From a virus (taxonomy: Duplodnaviria; Caudoviricetes), in the IMG/VR virus record IMGVR_UViG_3300044767_000023, positions 29,692-93,691 of that record: a stretch of DNA of 64,000 nt; one strand, given 5' to 3'. Numbering within the stretch: the stretch's first letter is position 1; each line of letters opens with the position of its first letter. The notes under the pieces are model-generated. The model had not been told where the DNA came from. It saw nothing but the letters and a program-made list of their open reading frames with translations, and did not search any database. Of this stretch, positions 9,930 through 20,499 are shown one piece after another. The position numbers and the translations under genes are program-made.

Positions 9930-10262
9930 TTAAGCCTCGGGTGCGTCACCATCCAGAGGCTTCGGTGGCTCCAGGTCCAGGTCGTCCCCGTTAGGCTCGG
10001 TCGAGACCGGCCATTGATCGGGGGCTTCCGTCAACACCGTACCGTCTTTGATGCGGCGCTTGGTAAATTGGTCGAACGGCCACTCCACGCTGTCGTAGAT
10101 AGTGGCGCGAAACTTGATGTTGCCGAGCGGATGCCGAATGTACTTGCGGATCTCCTCGGCGGTATAGCTTCGAGTCTTTCCCGGCCATACCCGAATGCGG
10201 CCAATCTGGAAGCGGTCCGAGCCTTCCTCATAGCCGGTCATATTGTTGACGATGATTTCCAT
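9930..10262 (-). CDS. Small pre-sheath tail protein (Mu gp38/DUF2635-like)
   Basis: AGGAG-preceded ATG at 10262; WPFDQFTKRRIKDGTV motif; position before the sheath gene. Confidence 0.65.
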   Translation of the reverse strand: MEIIVNNMTGYEEGSDRFQIGRIRVWPGKTRSYTAEEIRKYIRHPLGNIKFRATIYDSVEWPFDQFTKRRIKDGTVLTEAPDQWPVSTEPNGDDLDLEPPKPLDGDAPEA

Positions 10263-10272
10263 GCACCTCTCC

Positions 10273-10944
10273 TTATGGCGGCGGTTCGTCGCCGGAAGCA
10301 AATAACGGCCACTGGAAGTCGCGGTCTTGGTCGGTCCTTGCAAAGCGGTCGGGCGAGTCGCCGGAATCTCCGGTCTGCAAGTTGATCGGGACCAATACCT
10401 GCTGTGTACTCTCGTAGGCCTCGAGGCTGGGATAAGCCGTCTCCAGCACAATGAGATCGAGGTTGTCGTAGATGTTGGGCGGGTAGTCGTACTTGGTGAT
10501 GAAGCTGAACTCGCAGCGCAGCTCGCCAATCGGCGTCTCATTACCGGAGCCGATAGAGCCGAACACATATTGCCGGCGAACCTTGGGAATGCTCTCGATG
10601 TCGTATTGGCCAACCGGCGGAAAGCCGATGAAGGTAGGGTCCTGCAGCAGGCCGATCATGATGACGTCAAAGGCAGTATCAAGCGCATTCTCGAGTTCGT
10701 CGGCCTGGACGTTTCGCAGGATGACGCTGATGCCGATCATCGACTCGGACTTGAGCCTAGGCTCGCCGGCATTGCCATCGCCGTCGGCGGTCTGCACTTC
10801 CGGCAGAACATAGATGCCGCAGTAGGGCAAGTCCGCCGGCTGGACCTGATAGGACTGCGCCATGCGGAAGGTGAACTTGGCGAAGAACGGAAACAGCTTC
10901 AGCCGTTCCACCATCCCGATCTGGATTTTGCGAATAGCGCTCAT
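10273..10944 (-). CDS. Putative tail terminator/completion protein
   Basis: Position in the neck cluster; LPYCGIY motif. Confidence 0.55.
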   Translation of the reverse strand: MSAIRKIQIGMVERLKLFPFFAKFTFRMAQSYQVQPADLPYCGIYVLPEVQTADGDGNAGEPRLKSESMIGISVILRNVQADELENALDTAFDVIMIGLLQDPTFIGFPPVGQYDIESIPKVRRQYVFGSIGSGNETPIGELRCEFSFITKYDYPPNIYDNLDLIVLETAYPSLEAYESTQQVLVPINLQTGDSGDSPDRFARTDQDRDFQWPLFASGDEPPP

Positions 10945-11312
10945 GGATTAGAAAGCCGCGGTTCGTCGATCTGGGCGAGACGGAGCGCGAGGCGGGCGCG
11001 GCCATCGTGGAAGACGTCGATGTCGAGGACTTCGAACGGACCAATCGCCGGCATCGACATATGCGCCGGAATGAATATCCAGTCCCGCACATCGGGCGGG
11101 ATGGGGTACTCGCTCAAACGGATATCGAGGCCGGTGCGCTGGTCGGAGAACACCACGTTGGCTTCGGTAGCGACATCAATCGGCGTGGTGACGTAGACGC
11201 CGCGACCGCGGTACATCGACTTGCCGGGCTGCGAGCCATAGGGCGTGATCTCGACTGGGCGGGAGAACTGGTTCTGCACATAGAGCAGGACCGTGGCGTT
11301 GTAGTCGAGCAT
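10941..11312 (-). CDS. Head-tail joining/stopper protein (FII-like)
   Basis: 123 aa, beta-rich; LDIRLSEYPIPP...FEVLDI..DGRARLAL. Confidence 0.65.
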   Translation of the reverse strand: MLDYNATVLLYVQNQFSRPVEITPYGSQPGKSMYRGRGVYVTTPIDVATEANVVFSDQRTGLDIRLSEYPIPPDVRDWIFIPAHMSMPAIGPFEVLDIDVFHDGRARLALRLAQIDEPRLSNP

Positions 11313-11797
11313 TACAATACACTCATCACGATGTTGACAAAGCGGGCAGCTTTCTCTTCCGCGATCTGGCGCAGGTGCAAGGTCGATTGGATGGTGGTGC
11401 GGGGGACGCCGATGAAAGCCACCTTGCGCGTCACCGCGTTGATCAGCACGTTGGAGCCTTTAGGCCGGATCAGCTTGCCGGGATATCTGCGCGCCCGCAT
11501 ATGGCCGAAGATGTTGCCGGGAGCTGGGATCCAAAGCATCGGGTTGCCAACCGCGGTGGCGCCGTACTCCCAGGCCCGTATCCAGTTCGGCCGCGGGAAT
11601 ACATTGACGTCCCAACCGCGATCGCCCTTCGGCCTTACCCGCACCCGTGTCTGCTTGGCGAAGCGCTGCATTCCACCGGCGGCAATGTCGGCGCGCTCGG
11701 CCGCTTCCAAGTCCTGGGCGAAAGCATCGACGGCTTCGCGCGTGACTTTGGCGAAGTCGTGGACCGCGAGCTTGGTGTTGACGTGCAGGTCGCTCAC
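11312..11797 (-). CDS. Putative neck/tail-completion protein
   Basis: GTG start overlapping the upstream TGA; basic protein with WEYGA and LWIP motifs. Confidence 0.55.
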   Translation of the reverse strand: MSDLHVNTKLAVHDFAKVTREAVDAFAQDLEAAERADIAAGGMQRFAKQTRVRVRPKGDRGWDVNVFPRPNWIRAWEYGATAVGNPMLWIPAPGNIFGHMRARRYPGKLIRPKGSNVLINAVTRKVAFIGVPRTTIQSTLHLRQIAEEKAARFVNIVMSVL

Positions 11798-12414
11798 GCG
11801 ATGTACAGCCGCTTGAAGGGGGCGATCAGCGCACTCGCTTGCGGCGAGAGGGGCGAAGCTTTGGTTGGTGCCCCAGTCCGGCTCATGCCGGGAGGCGGAA
11901 AGAAACGGATCGAGCCGGTGGCGTTGTCGGTAATGCTCTGCACCGACGGATCGCGCGAGCCGAGGTAGTAAGTCTGGCGGATCAAGTCGATGCACGCCAT
12001 CGACAATGGACCGGGCGCATTCTCCGGCAGCTCGTAGCCGCCGCTGTACACAATTGTATTCTTGCCAATCAGAGGACCATGGAGGACGCCGCCACCGGCA
12101 TCGAGGGTGTAGGTATCCTCGGTGACAATGTTGTCGCCGTTGGTAATGCTCTCGATCTCGACGACCGGATAGCGATTGAGAAGCAAGCCGCCCTCGGCGC
12201 TGCCATACAGCACCGTCGTCTCGGATACTTTCTCGAGCGCAAATACCCGATCGCAGATATCGGCGATGACGCGCGAAGCAAATGCGATCAGTTCGGTTAG
12301 CCGGGCATCGTCATTGTCAGTCTGGACGTTGAGGAAGGACTTGACCTCTTCCAGCGTGACGAGGTTGAAGTCGTCGGCCGCCTCTAGCACTTCGATTTTA
12401 GGAGTGAGCTGCAT
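11794..12414 (-). CDS. Head-tail connector/adaptor (HK97 gp6-like)
   Basis: LVTLEEVKSFLNV..DDARLTELI..AS...YSGGY..P. Confidence 0.85.
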   Translation of the reverse strand: MQLTPKIEVLEAADDFNLVTLEEVKSFLNVQTDNDDARLTELIAFASRVIADICDRVFALEKVSETTVLYGSAEGGLLLNRYPVVEIESITNGDNIVTEDTYTLDAGGGVLHGPLIGKNTIVYSGGYELPENAPGPLSMACIDLIRQTYYLGSRDPSVQSITDNATGSIRFFPPPGMSRTGAPTKASPLSPQASALIAPFKRLYIA

Positions 12415-13174
12415 GTTCTACTCGCGTGAGAAAGCGATAAGCCGTCCCGTCCCGCATCTCGCTAGCGGTGAACTGCTGGCACGCCAACGAACGGCACCAC
12501 TCAATCCGTTCCGGCCGTGCCGGCTGTTCCAAGTCCAGCAGATCAAGGTTGCCGACCGGGGCCGCCATCGAAAGCGTGGACACAAAAACCGGAATGCCAG
12601 CGCAGACCGCATCGACCGCGATATTGGAGCTATGCGTCACCACCGCCCAGCAATCCTGCAAGTCCAATGCCAGCGGGACTTCAGACTTGCGCTCGCGGAT
12701 GCGGATCGGACGCTCGGTCAGCTTCCGCAACCTAGCTTCCGTCTCCTGGATCCAGTACGGCATGCTCAGTCCGATCCCACTCCCGTACTCCAAGCCAGGA
12801 AGAGCTAGCAAGATGTGTCGCCCGGATCGTCGCCACGGCTTCAGTGTGACCTGCAACGCGTCGAACCTCTCCCGCGGACTTTCGGGCAGGAAGCGTGCGG
12901 ACATTCCGTTCATCGCGAACCGGTAGAAGCCGTGCGGGTTGCCGCGGCCGGGATGCCAAAAGCCGTTGTCGATATGCCAAAACTCCCTCCTCGTCAGGCA
13001 GGCCCGCTGCAGGATTTTCTCACTGCCCCAGACTTGCCCGTAGCACGCCACCGGATTAGCGTCGTCCGGCGGTTCGCCGTAGATGCACTTGGCTCCCGGC
13101 CACCCGGCGGCCAGGCTGTGCATAATCATTTCGAACTTCGCGCGCCGCTCCGGTAGGATGGGGCACCATAGCAT
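12398..13174 (-). CDS. GT-B fold glycosyltransferase-like protein
   Basis: WHIDNGFW and AVVTHSSNIAVDAVCAGIPVF nucleotide-sugar-binding-type motif. Confidence 0.6.
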   Translation of the reverse strand: MLWCPILPERRAKFEMIMHSLAAGWPGAKCIYGEPPDDANPVACYGQVWGSEKILQRACLTRREFWHIDNGFWHPGRGNPHGFYRFAMNGMSARFLPESPRERFDALQVTLKPWRRSGRHILLALPGLEYGSGIGLSMPYWIQETEARLRKLTERPIRIRERKSEVPLALDLQDCWAVVTHSSNIAVDAVCAGIPVFVSTLSMAAPVGNLDLLDLEQPARPERIEWCRSLACQQFTASEMRDGTAYRFLTRVEHAAHS

Positions 13175-13178
13175 TTGG

Positions 13179-13829
13179 CTACCACTTTACGATGTAGTCG
13201 CCCGACATCTCTTCGACGATCTTGGCGCCCCACTTCTGCAACAGCTTGAGCGCGGCGAAGCGCTCCACGCCATAACGCTCGGCGAGTCCCTTCGGCTTCT
13301 GCTCGATGACGATGACCGGGTGGTCGCGGCAAATAACGAGCTCGCCGCCCTGCACCACGAACAGCTCGAAGCCCTCGACATCAAGCTTGATGAAGCCAAT
13401 GTGCTTGAAGTGGAAGTCGTCCAGCTGGCGGATCATAACCTTGCCGGACTTATCGTTGCGGATAATGTGAGTGCCGCCGGAGCTGCCACGCTCCAAGGCT
13501 AGGTTGCCCCAACCCGATTGGTCCCCAAGCGCGATGCGGAATAGCTCGACATTAGCGCCCGGTACATTCTTAGCAAAGCACTGGCAAAGCTCGGGATCAG
13601 GTTCGAATGCGTACAGCTTGCTGAAGCGCTTGGCGAGATGCATCGACCACAGACCGACATGGGCGCCAATATCAATGGCGGTTTGCCACTCCTTCACATG
13701 CCGCATCGCCTTATCGAGCTTGTGGTACTGGTAGGTCAGCTTGCCATCAACGGCAAGATTGACCTGCTGCATATGCTGCACCAGATGCTCTTCCCTATCC
13801 GGCAACCAAATCCCGCCTACTTCCTTCAC
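13179..13829 (-). CDS. FkbM-family SAM methyltransferase
   Basis: IDIGAHVG, YAFEP, FIKLDVEGFE; probable GTG start at 13829. Confidence 0.9.
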   Translation of the reverse strand: MKEVGGIWLPDREEHLVQHMQQVNLAVDGKLTYQYHKLDKAMRHVKEWQTAIDIGAHVGLWSMHLAKRFSKLYAFEPDPELCQCFAKNVPGANVELFRIALGDQSGWGNLALERGSSGGTHIIRNDKSGKVMIRQLDDFHFKHIGFIKLDVEGFELFVVQGGELVICRDHPVIVIEQKPKGLAERYGVERFAALKLLQKWGAKIVEEMSGDYIVKW

Positions 13830-14532
13830 GGCTAGTCTCTTCGAAATGTTGCAGCAGAGTAGGCAGGTGATCCGGCTCCCAGACCAGTCTCTGGTTTGAC
13901 TGCGACCACGGAAACTGGCGGCCGAACTTGATGCCGGCATTGCCAAAGGCCCCGGCGCAGCGGTCGCAAGCAAACAGAGTGACTGGATAGGTGGAAAGGA
14001 AGTTGAGAAACAACGGCCCGTTGGGCACGCCGTAGTTCATCCTGGCGCCAGCGTAGTAAGCCATGCGCTCGTGCAGAGGGATCGGTTCGACCGCGTAATC
14101 TTCGAACACCCGCGCCCCGATTATCCTAGCGAACTCCCGCCATGCCGCGAGGTTGGAGTTGCGCTCAGGAATGCGCGGCTCTTGTCGCAGCGTCACCGTG
14201 TACTCGACCAGCTGGGGAGCCTGCACGCTACACAAGCGCGGGAAGTCTAAACCGAGGCGGTAGCGGGCAACGAGATGGCGCAGATGCGGATGGCCGATGC
14301 GCTCGCCGCCAAAGCCGTAGTAACAATCCATCCGCAGGAAGGCGGGGCCGGGTTCGATGATGGAGTGGAAGCGCTCCAGCACTTGCGGTTTTGGCCACTT
14401 GCCGCACTTGGGATTATCGAGGCCGTCGAAGACAAATCCGCGATAGCCCCGCGCGGCGGCGATCACGGCTACATTGTAGAAGTCGAAGCTGCAGATATCA
14501 TGCCGCAGATCATAGCGCGCAAACTTCGTCAT
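13795..14532 (-). CDS. Hypothetical protein, possibly a degenerate GT-B glycosyltransferase
   Basis: Within the GT cluster; ERNSN..AW..F and ARMNYGVPNGP resemble a GT9 C-terminal half. Confidence 0.45.
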   Translation of the reverse strand: MTKFARYDLRHDICSFDFYNVAVIAAARGYRGFVFDGLDNPKCGKWPKPQVLERFHSIIEPGPAFLRMDCYYGFGGERIGHPHLRHLVARYRLGLDFPRLCSVQAPQLVEYTVTLRQEPRIPERNSNLAAWREFARIIGARVFEDYAVEPIPLHERMAYYAGARMNYGVPNGPLFLNFLSTYPVTLFACDRCAGAFGNAGIKFGRQFPWSQSNQRLVWEPDHLPTLLQHFEETSREGSRRDLVAG

Positions 14533-15325
14533 ATTTTATCTGCTGGTAGGCATGGGCCATAACCTCGTCGGTCGTGATCTTCCGCATCGCCAGCTTGCAA
14601 TGCGTACAGTGGTCGAGCGCTCCGCAGGCCTCGACGCCGCCGGTGAGATTGACATGGAAGTCATAACCGGTAATCGCGGGCGGGACGAAGCCACCGAATA
14701 GAACGATGGCCGGGACATTGAGCGCAGCAGCGGCGTGGTGCAGACCGCCCTCGGGTCCGATGAACAGGCGCGCTCGCGCTAAGTAGGCCATCGCTTGCCG
14801 GATATTGGTCGAGGTCAGGTAGCGAACGCCGCGCAGCTTGGTATGCATTCCTTGGTAAACCAGCTGCACGACATCAAGCTCGCGGGCCTTGAGCCGGTCG
14901 GCCACTTCCTGATAACCATGCCACATCTTATTCCATGACGAGCGCTTCCACATCGGGACGTTGGGCTCAATCAAGATGAAGTTGCTACCGGCATCAATCT
15001 CCGCGCGCTTCTGCTCGGCTGGCGTTAGGAACAGCTCGCCGGGAATAGCCTTGAAATCGTAATTCCAAATCCAGCGGGTCTTGGCGTGGTCGAGCTTGTT
15101 GTAAAGCCGATTGCCGGGGTAGTGTTCGATCCACTTGAAGACCGGCTGGAAGGCGCGCAGCTCATCGCCGGGACGGGCGACGTTCTGGTTATGGTAGAAA
15201 ATCGGGTAGGCGTGCTTTGACCAAAGGATGCGGCCGCTGTGCCCAAAGGCTATTCGGTGTCCAATGAGTTTGGCTTCACGGGCTAGTCCGCTGCCCATGA
15301 GTTCATCTCCGAACCCCACTCTCAT
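14510..15325 (-). CDS. GT9 (heptosyltransferase-like) glycosyltransferase
   Basis: GFGDELM at the N-terminus and FIGPEGGLHHAAAALNVPAIVLFG. Confidence 0.85.
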   Translation of the reverse strand: MRVGFGDELMGSGLAREAKLIGHRIAFGHSGRILWSKHAYPIFYHNQNVARPGDELRAFQPVFKWIEHYPGNRLYNKLDHAKTRWIWNYDFKAIPGELFLTPAEQKRAEIDAGSNFILIEPNVPMWKRSSWNKMWHGYQEVADRLKARELDVVQLVYQGMHTKLRGVRYLTSTNIRQAMAYLARARLFIGPEGGLHHAAAALNVPAIVLFGGFVPPAITGYDFHVNLTGGVEACGALDHCTHCKLAMRKITTDEVMAHAYQQIKYDEVCAL

Positions 15326-15447
15326 CTCCCAGCTGTTGGATATCTTCGAGGACTAGGTGCAGCAGATAGATGAGCGCGCCGACCGGCTGGCCTTGCTGGT
15401 ACTTGCGCTCAATCTCATCCAGAAAAGAGTTGGCCTGCCGGAACAAT

Positions 15448-16257
15448 TCAGAAGCGGCCGTAGTCTCCAAAGGCGCCTTCCGGGTTGCGATAGTTGTCGA
15501 TCTTGTACCCGGCTTCATCAGCTTCAACCAAAAGTTTGTCGAAGAAGGCTAGCGCATCCTTGCGGGCGTGATCGTGGATCGGCTCTTGCCGGTTGAACTC
15601 GTACCAATGCTTGCGGCCTTCCTTCTTCAACCGTGGCAAGGCATGGCGCAAATGCGGCTGGGTGGCGACCTTGGTGAAGTGCAGGATTTTGATTTCCGGG
15701 TCGTCCACCTTAACGTACTCGCCGCCGCGGTCGCGCTTGAGATCGAGGCAGTTCCAGTTGCCGCTCACTTTCTGGATCAGCCCGGCTTGGCCGAGGCAGC
15801 GATAGCGCACCTGCCGGTAAAGCCCGGGCTGGGTCTTGATCTGCTCTACTGGCGGTAGCGCTTTCTGCATCGCCGGATTGTTGTACATCGTGACGCAGAT
15901 GTCCGGGACTTTCGCCAGCATCCCAGCCTCATCCTTGATTTCTTGGTTCCATAGCTCGGCGATGTCCGCCATCGCGATCATGTCAACGTCGAGGTAGATC
16001 GCCTTGCCTTGGAAGTGGCAGAATGCCGGGACGCCCCACCGCAACGGCGAGAACGGGGTGTGCCAAGTCCGGGTGTTCCAGCCTTTGCGGGCTTGTGGGT
16101 CCGAGTACCAGAACGACTCGGGGTTGCGGGACAATCTTATCCAATTGATTTCCAGCGGCTGGCTGGTCTTGCGTTCGAGCGAGTAGTGCAGCACCGATTG
16201 AAACTCGAGGTCTTCGTCATTCGCCCCCACGCCAATAAAAATCCGCACCGGATCCAT
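15448..16257 (-). CDS. GT8-like (GT-A) glycosyltransferase
   Basis: RIFIG, TPFS..RW, AIYLDVDMI (DxD), WNCLD, ILHFT..TQP. Confidence 0.8.
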   Translation of the reverse strand: MDPVRIFIGVGANDEDLEFQSVLHYSLERKTSQPLEINWIRLSRNPESFWYSDPQARKGWNTRTWHTPFSPLRWGVPAFCHFQGKAIYLDVDMIAMADIAELWNQEIKDEAGMLAKVPDICVTMYNNPAMQKALPPVEQIKTQPGLYRQVRYRCLGQAGLIQKVSGNWNCLDLKRDRGGEYVKVDDPEIKILHFTKVATQPHLRHALPRLKKEGRKHWYEFNRQEPIHDHARKDALAFFDKLLVEADEAGYKIDNYRNPEGAFGDYGRF

Positions 16258-16378
16258 AGGCCGCTCCTGTTCAAGAACCGAGACGAAGTGCGATACCAAA
16301 GAAACAGGATGGTGCGATCGCTGTTCCTAATTGCACGCCGCCCCGGCTCAGGATCATCCCAACCCGGGAAAGGAGGAG

Positions 16379-17101
16379 TCAGGACAATTCCAAAACCTTT
16401 TCCAGAGGCATCTTCGGATAAGCCACCAACTCACTAACCATCGAGCAATTGACGACCTCAATCCGAAGCTGCGCTAGCTTGCGAGCGGCACCATCAACCG
16501 CCTTGCGCCAGCGTGGAATGTTTGCGGCGGCATCAGGATTGGAAAGCGGGAACGGATGGCGGGGATGCCAGTGCCCGCCATAGTCCACCCGCATATCGTA
16601 GCCGATCAGGATGACTTTCTTGACGCCGAACTGCACCACCAAGTTCAAGGCCTGGAAGCCGGAATTGCCGCCCGCTCCTAACAAGCCTGGAGGCTCGGTG
16701 ATGAGCTCGTTGCCGAACCGGATAACCTCGACTCGCTTGAGCTCGGGAAACTTCGCCACCACGGTACGCTCGTGGACGACCTTAAGGCCGTGGAAGTCCG
16801 GCACACCTTTGTATAGCTCCCACCATTTGCCATCGCAGGCATACAGCAGGTCGGCCCACGGCACCAGCTGAAAGCTGGTATTGATCGCGACCACCTTTAT
16901 GTCGCGGCGGGCCTGCAGCAGCTCGAACTTTTCCCGCACCGCGCTGGGGCCGGAAGCCACGATGGCGCAGGTGGCTCCGGTCCAGTCCGGGAACCAATCA
17001 GGCTTCGGGGTGCCGCCCAAAGTCGGGCTTGGGTGGCTGGGCCGGTGCTCCTTCGGGTCCGCGCTCGCCGCGGGCGCCGTCTTTACCATCGCGTCCATCA
17101 C
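16379..17101 (-). CDS. Sialyltransferase/MAF(DUF115)-like Rossmann-fold protein
   Basis: [35 protein letters not shown]; start uncertain. Confidence 0.65.
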   Translation of the reverse strand: MMDAMVKTAPAASADPKEHRPSHPSPTLGGTPKPDWFPDWTGATCAIVASGPSAVREKFELLQARRDIKVVAINTSFQLVPWADLLYACDGKWWELYKGVPDFHGLKVVHERTVVAKFPELKRVEVIRFGNELITEPPGLLGAGGNSGFQALNLVVQFGVKKVILIGYDMRVDYGGHWHPRHPFPLSNPDAAANIPRWRKAVDGAARKLAQLRIEVVNCSMVSELVAYPKMPLEKVLELS

Positions 17102-18629
17102 GTCCCTTCCGACTTCGCAATCGCCAATCGGTCGTCTCGCCCGGCTTGCCTACCGGGTTGTCCTTGAGCGAAATGTAGACTTGCCCGGCAAACGTCACTT
17201 CGTCGGACTTCTCATATTGCGCGATGGTGGAATAGGAGCCGCGATCGAGCGGCACCGGGATCGTGGTGGAGAAAATGACGTTGCCGTCTTCATGCTTGAC
17301 GCGGAAGACACGCTCGTCTAGCTCAAAACGCAGATTGACCAAGGACAGGTCGCGGCCATCTTTCCCCGGCAATCCGGGTAAGCCGTCTTTGCCCAAGATG
17401 CAGCCGAGATTGTGTGTGGTCCCGTCGCTAAGAGTTGCGATAGCAGAGCCTTCTCGATCAATGAAGAAACCTGCAAGACCAACTCCGTCCTTACCGTCTC
17501 GTCCATCTCTGCCATCTTTACCGTTAGCCGGAGTGGGGATTTTTGCCACCTCTTCCAGAACGGCCTGCGAGACCATCGGCCGGACCTCTTCAAGGTCGGG
17601 GATGAAGTCCTTGCCATCTTTGCCGTCCTTTCCGTCCTGCGGCATCGGCATCGCCGCGACCATATGCCGAATGGTCTCTTGAATGGCCGGAACGAATTGC
17701 TGGGGATCCAGCGGCTCGGCGTCCTTGCCGGGCGGGCCTGGAGGAGAAGGCGGGATTGCGCGCACCAGCTCCTCGAGGATTGGTCGCACCTCCTCGACCT
17801 TGAAGTCCTTGCCGTCCTTGCCGTCCTCGGGAAGTGGGATGAGATGCGCGATGCGCATGATGAGCGCTTCCTCATCCACATCCTTGGCGTCCCTTCCGTC
17901 CTTGCCATCTTTGCCGTCGCGGCCATCCTTGCCATCGGCTGGCGGCGGCAGCGCTGCAACTGCCTCCTCGATAATGTAGCGCACTGCCTCCGGTTCGAAG
18001 TCCTTGCCGTCCTTGCCGTCCTTCGGCATGAAACCGATGAAACCGTTAAACCGTTGTTCGATGAGCGCAGTCACCAGCTTCTGCACGTCATCAATCTTCA
18101 TGCCCTTCTCGTCATCGGAAACGAGCAGGTGCCGGGTCGCGTTGATGACGAGCTCGCCGAGGTAAGCCCGCAACGGCGGCTCCAGGATGGCCGCAGTGCG
18201 CTGCGCGATCCGGTCCGGGTCCGGTTCCGGGGCATCTTTTCCGGCCAGCCCGGGCGGTCCGGCGGGACCGGGCTCCCCAGCCGCGCCCGCAGGCCCAGGA
18301 GGGCCTTGGAGGCTTTCCCCTCGTTCACCTACCGCCCCCCTCTCCCCAGGCGCTCCTTGAGGCCCTGGAGGGCCGGGAACAGCCTCTCCCATTGGACCGG
18401 GGGGACCGGCTGGACCGGGGGGACCGGCTGGACCGGGCTCGCCTGCTATACCGGGTGACCCGTCCTTGCCGGGAACCGCGGCGAAGCGCTCGAGCGCATT
18501 TAGCCGGCCGGTTAGCTCCGCCACTAAGGCGCGGCTTTCCGTCAAGGCATTGCGGCACTCACGGATATAATCGCCAACGACCGGCGCGACGATCGCGCCG
18601 ACTAGGTCGGCTATGTTCTGGCTTTTCAT
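16998..18629 (-). CDS. Collagen-like (Gly-X-Y) and GKDGKD-repeat protein, portal-adjacent
   Basis: Long GPAGPPGP run, repeated DGKDGKD units, C-terminal DRG.Y....YEK.D.VTF.G..Y module. Confidence 0.85.
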   Translation of the reverse strand: MKSQNIADLVGAIVAPVVGDYIRECRNALTESRALVAELTGRLNALERFAAVPGKDGSPGIAGEPGPAGPPGPAGPPGPMGEAVPGPPGPQGAPGERGAVGERGESLQGPPGPAGAAGEPGPAGPPGLAGKDAPEPDPDRIAQRTAAILEPPLRAYLGELVINATRHLLVSDDEKGMKIDDVQKLVTALIEQRFNGFIGFMPKDGKDGKDFEPEAVRYIIEEAVAALPPPADGKDGRDGKDGKDGRDAKDVDEEALIMRIAHLIPLPEDGKDGKDFKVEEVRPILEELVRAIPPSPPGPPGKDAEPLDPQQFVPAIQETIRHMVAAMPMPQDGKDGKDGKDFIPDLEEVRPMVSQAVLEEVAKIPTPANGKDGRDGRDGKDGVGLAGFFIDREGSAIATLSDGTTHNLGCILGKDGLPGLPGKDGRDLSLVNLRFELDERVFRVKHEDGNVIFSTTIPVPLDRGSYSTIAQYEKSDEVTFAGQVYISLKDNPVGKPGETTDWRLRSRKGRDGRDGKDGARGERGPEGAPAQPPKPDFGRHPEA

Positions 18630-18631
18630 TT

Positions 18632-20071
18632 CTAGGCCACCGCTCGCGACTCAATCTGCAATCGCAATGCTGCGCGATAGACTTCAATCATCGGGGTGTC
18701 TTCCATCGAAGCGGCCTCCTCGTCTGCGCCATCACCACCGTCTGCGGGCTTCGGAAGCTGCGGAGCTCCCGGAGGGGCTACCTTTGCGAACGGGTCTTCC
18801 TTCGCATCGCGCTTGGCCAAGGCGGCGAGTGAGAAGTTTTGCTGCTGCAGATAGCAGGCATCGCCACCTTCCACCGGGCCGTAGTTAAGTTTCTTGCGGC
18901 CTTCGTTTGGCTTCATCGCCCCGGCCTTGACCGCCTTGTCGATGGACTCGATCAACGCCATCGTGTCCATCCGCAGCAGGTCGTCGAGTTCGAACTCGGT
19001 GCCTAGCCAGCGCTTAGGAGTGTCCACGAGTCCGAGGCCTTCGTCGCAAAGCAGCTCGATGGCTTCGAAATACTTTTGCAGGCATTGGGTGTAATATTGG
19101 GTATTGAGCGCCTCGATATTGTTGTAGGCCGGCGGGTCGCCGACGCCAACCATGTAGGCGGGAACGCCAAAGGCTGAGCACACCATCTTGGCGCCCAGGC
19201 CGAGCTGCTCCACCAGCTGCGAGCTTTGCGCGGTGGTCGCCATCGGCTCGAATTTAAGACCGTCGCCAAGCACGGCGATCTTGCCGGCATTGTCGCCGCT
19301 GAACTCAGTCTGCCAATACTCCTTCAGCCGCTTGGCGGTCGCTTCCTTGATCTCGCCGGGAGCGGTGAGCAAACCGCCGGGAGTGGAATTGTTGCGGAAG
19401 AAGGTGGTGGAGTTCTTCTCGATATTGAGCGACTGCCCGGCCGGACCGGCGGCGGCAATCAAAGGCGGCACGCCGCACAGCGGATGGAATTTGATGGTGC
19501 ACATATCGTGGATTATTTCCGAGGCCGGCACCACGATGCCGCCGCCGCCTGCGTCACGATTAGGATGCAGGTCGGCGAGGTAGTCCTCATTGAGCTCGTA
19601 ATAGACATCGCCGGACGGGGTGACCAATACCTTGACCCGTAGCGGATCCAGCAGGTAGAGCGCGGTGACGACCCGGCGCTCATCGCGGGCCTTGAGCGAG
19701 TAGGTGTTGCCGGTGGTCACCTTCGACACAATCCAGTTTTCGAAAAACTGGATGCGCGTCTGGTAGTGATTGGGCTTGCGCAGGACGGGAGCGAAGGCGG
19801 CCGAGTCCGCCTCCGTCCAGATGTCGTTTTCGTCCTTCTCAACAAGTTTGAGTCGGCATTTCCCGACATCGCTGGCGATGCGCTCGATGCAAGCGTACAC
19901 CGCATACATCGCCAGCACACTTTCCGCCCGCAGCTCGCTATTCCGCTGCCAGGCGCCAGTAAACGGTTCACGCACGATGGGCCACCACCACCGGCCACGA
20001 TCGCCGCTGATTAACTGCGCGCCGGGAGGAACGGCGCGCTTGACGGACAGATCGAAGCCGAGGAGGCGCAT
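18632..20071 (-). CDS. Portal protein, HK97 family
   Basis: [39 protein letters not shown]. Confidence 0.95.
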   Translation of the reverse strand: MRLLGFDLSVKRAVPPGAQLISGDRGRWWWPIVREPFTGAWQRNSELRAESVLAMYAVYACIERIASDVGKCRLKLVEKDENDIWTEADSAAFAPVLRKPNHYQTRIQFFENWIVSKVTTGNTYSLKARDERRVVTALYLLDPLRVKVLVTPSGDVYYELNEDYLADLHPNRDAGGGGIVVPASEIIHDMCTIKFHPLCGVPPLIAAAGPAGQSLNIEKNSTTFFRNNSTPGGLLTAPGEIKEATAKRLKEYWQTEFSGDNAGKIAVLGDGLKFEPMATTAQSSQLVEQLGLGAKMVCSAFGVPAYMVGVGDPPAYNNIEALNTQYYTQCLQKYFEAIELLCDEGLGLVDTPKRWLGTEFELDDLLRMDTMALIESIDKAVKAGAMKPNEGRKKLNYGPVEGGDACYLQQQNFSLAALAKRDAKEDPFAKVAPPGAPQLPKPADGGDGADEEAASMEDTPMIEVYRAALRLQIESRAVA

Positions 20072-20072
20072 C

Positions 20073-20417
20073 TCAGTTCTCGCTTTCCTTATGGCCCACG
20101 GCAGTCTCGGCCGTCATATCCTCGCGGCTGTAGGTGCCGGGACGGCCTTCCGTCGTAGTGATTGGCTTGGCCTCCTCGGCCGCCGGAGCCATCGCCGTGG
20201 TCTTATAGGGATCGAGTTTGGGACGCGCACCGCCTCGCGTTGACTTCGGCGGCTCCGCGGCTGGCTGGGTGACCGGGGCATCCTTGGCGCGCTTGACCAA
20301 ACGCAAGGCCTTGGCGTCGCGGTCGCTGCTCACATCGAGCTCGTCGCCCGAATTGTATTCCTTACCCGACGGTCCGCTTGGATAACGGAATTTAGAAAGT
20401 GCGATCATCTTCGGCAT
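20073..20417 (-). CDS. Small head-associated hypothetical protein
   Basis: GGAG RBS; lies between capsid and portal genes. Confidence 0.7.
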   Translation of the reverse strand: MPKMIALSKFRYPSGPSGKEYNSGDELDVSSDRDAKALRLVKRAKDAPVTQPAAEPPKSTRGGARPKLDPYKTTAMAPAAEEAKPITTTEGRPGTYSREDMTAETAVGHKESEN

Positions 20418-20447
20418 TGGGGGTCTCTCCTAAGTTTGTGTCCCTCT

Positions 20448-20475
20448 AAAAAAAGGGGCAGCCGAAGCTGCCCCT
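20448..20475 (-). terminator. Rho-independent terminator after the major capsid gene
   Basis: AGGGGCAGC-TTCG-GCTGCCCCT hairpin running into a 7-T tract. Confidence 0.9.
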
Positions 20476-20499
20476 AGTTTGTCGGTCACCTAGGAGGAC

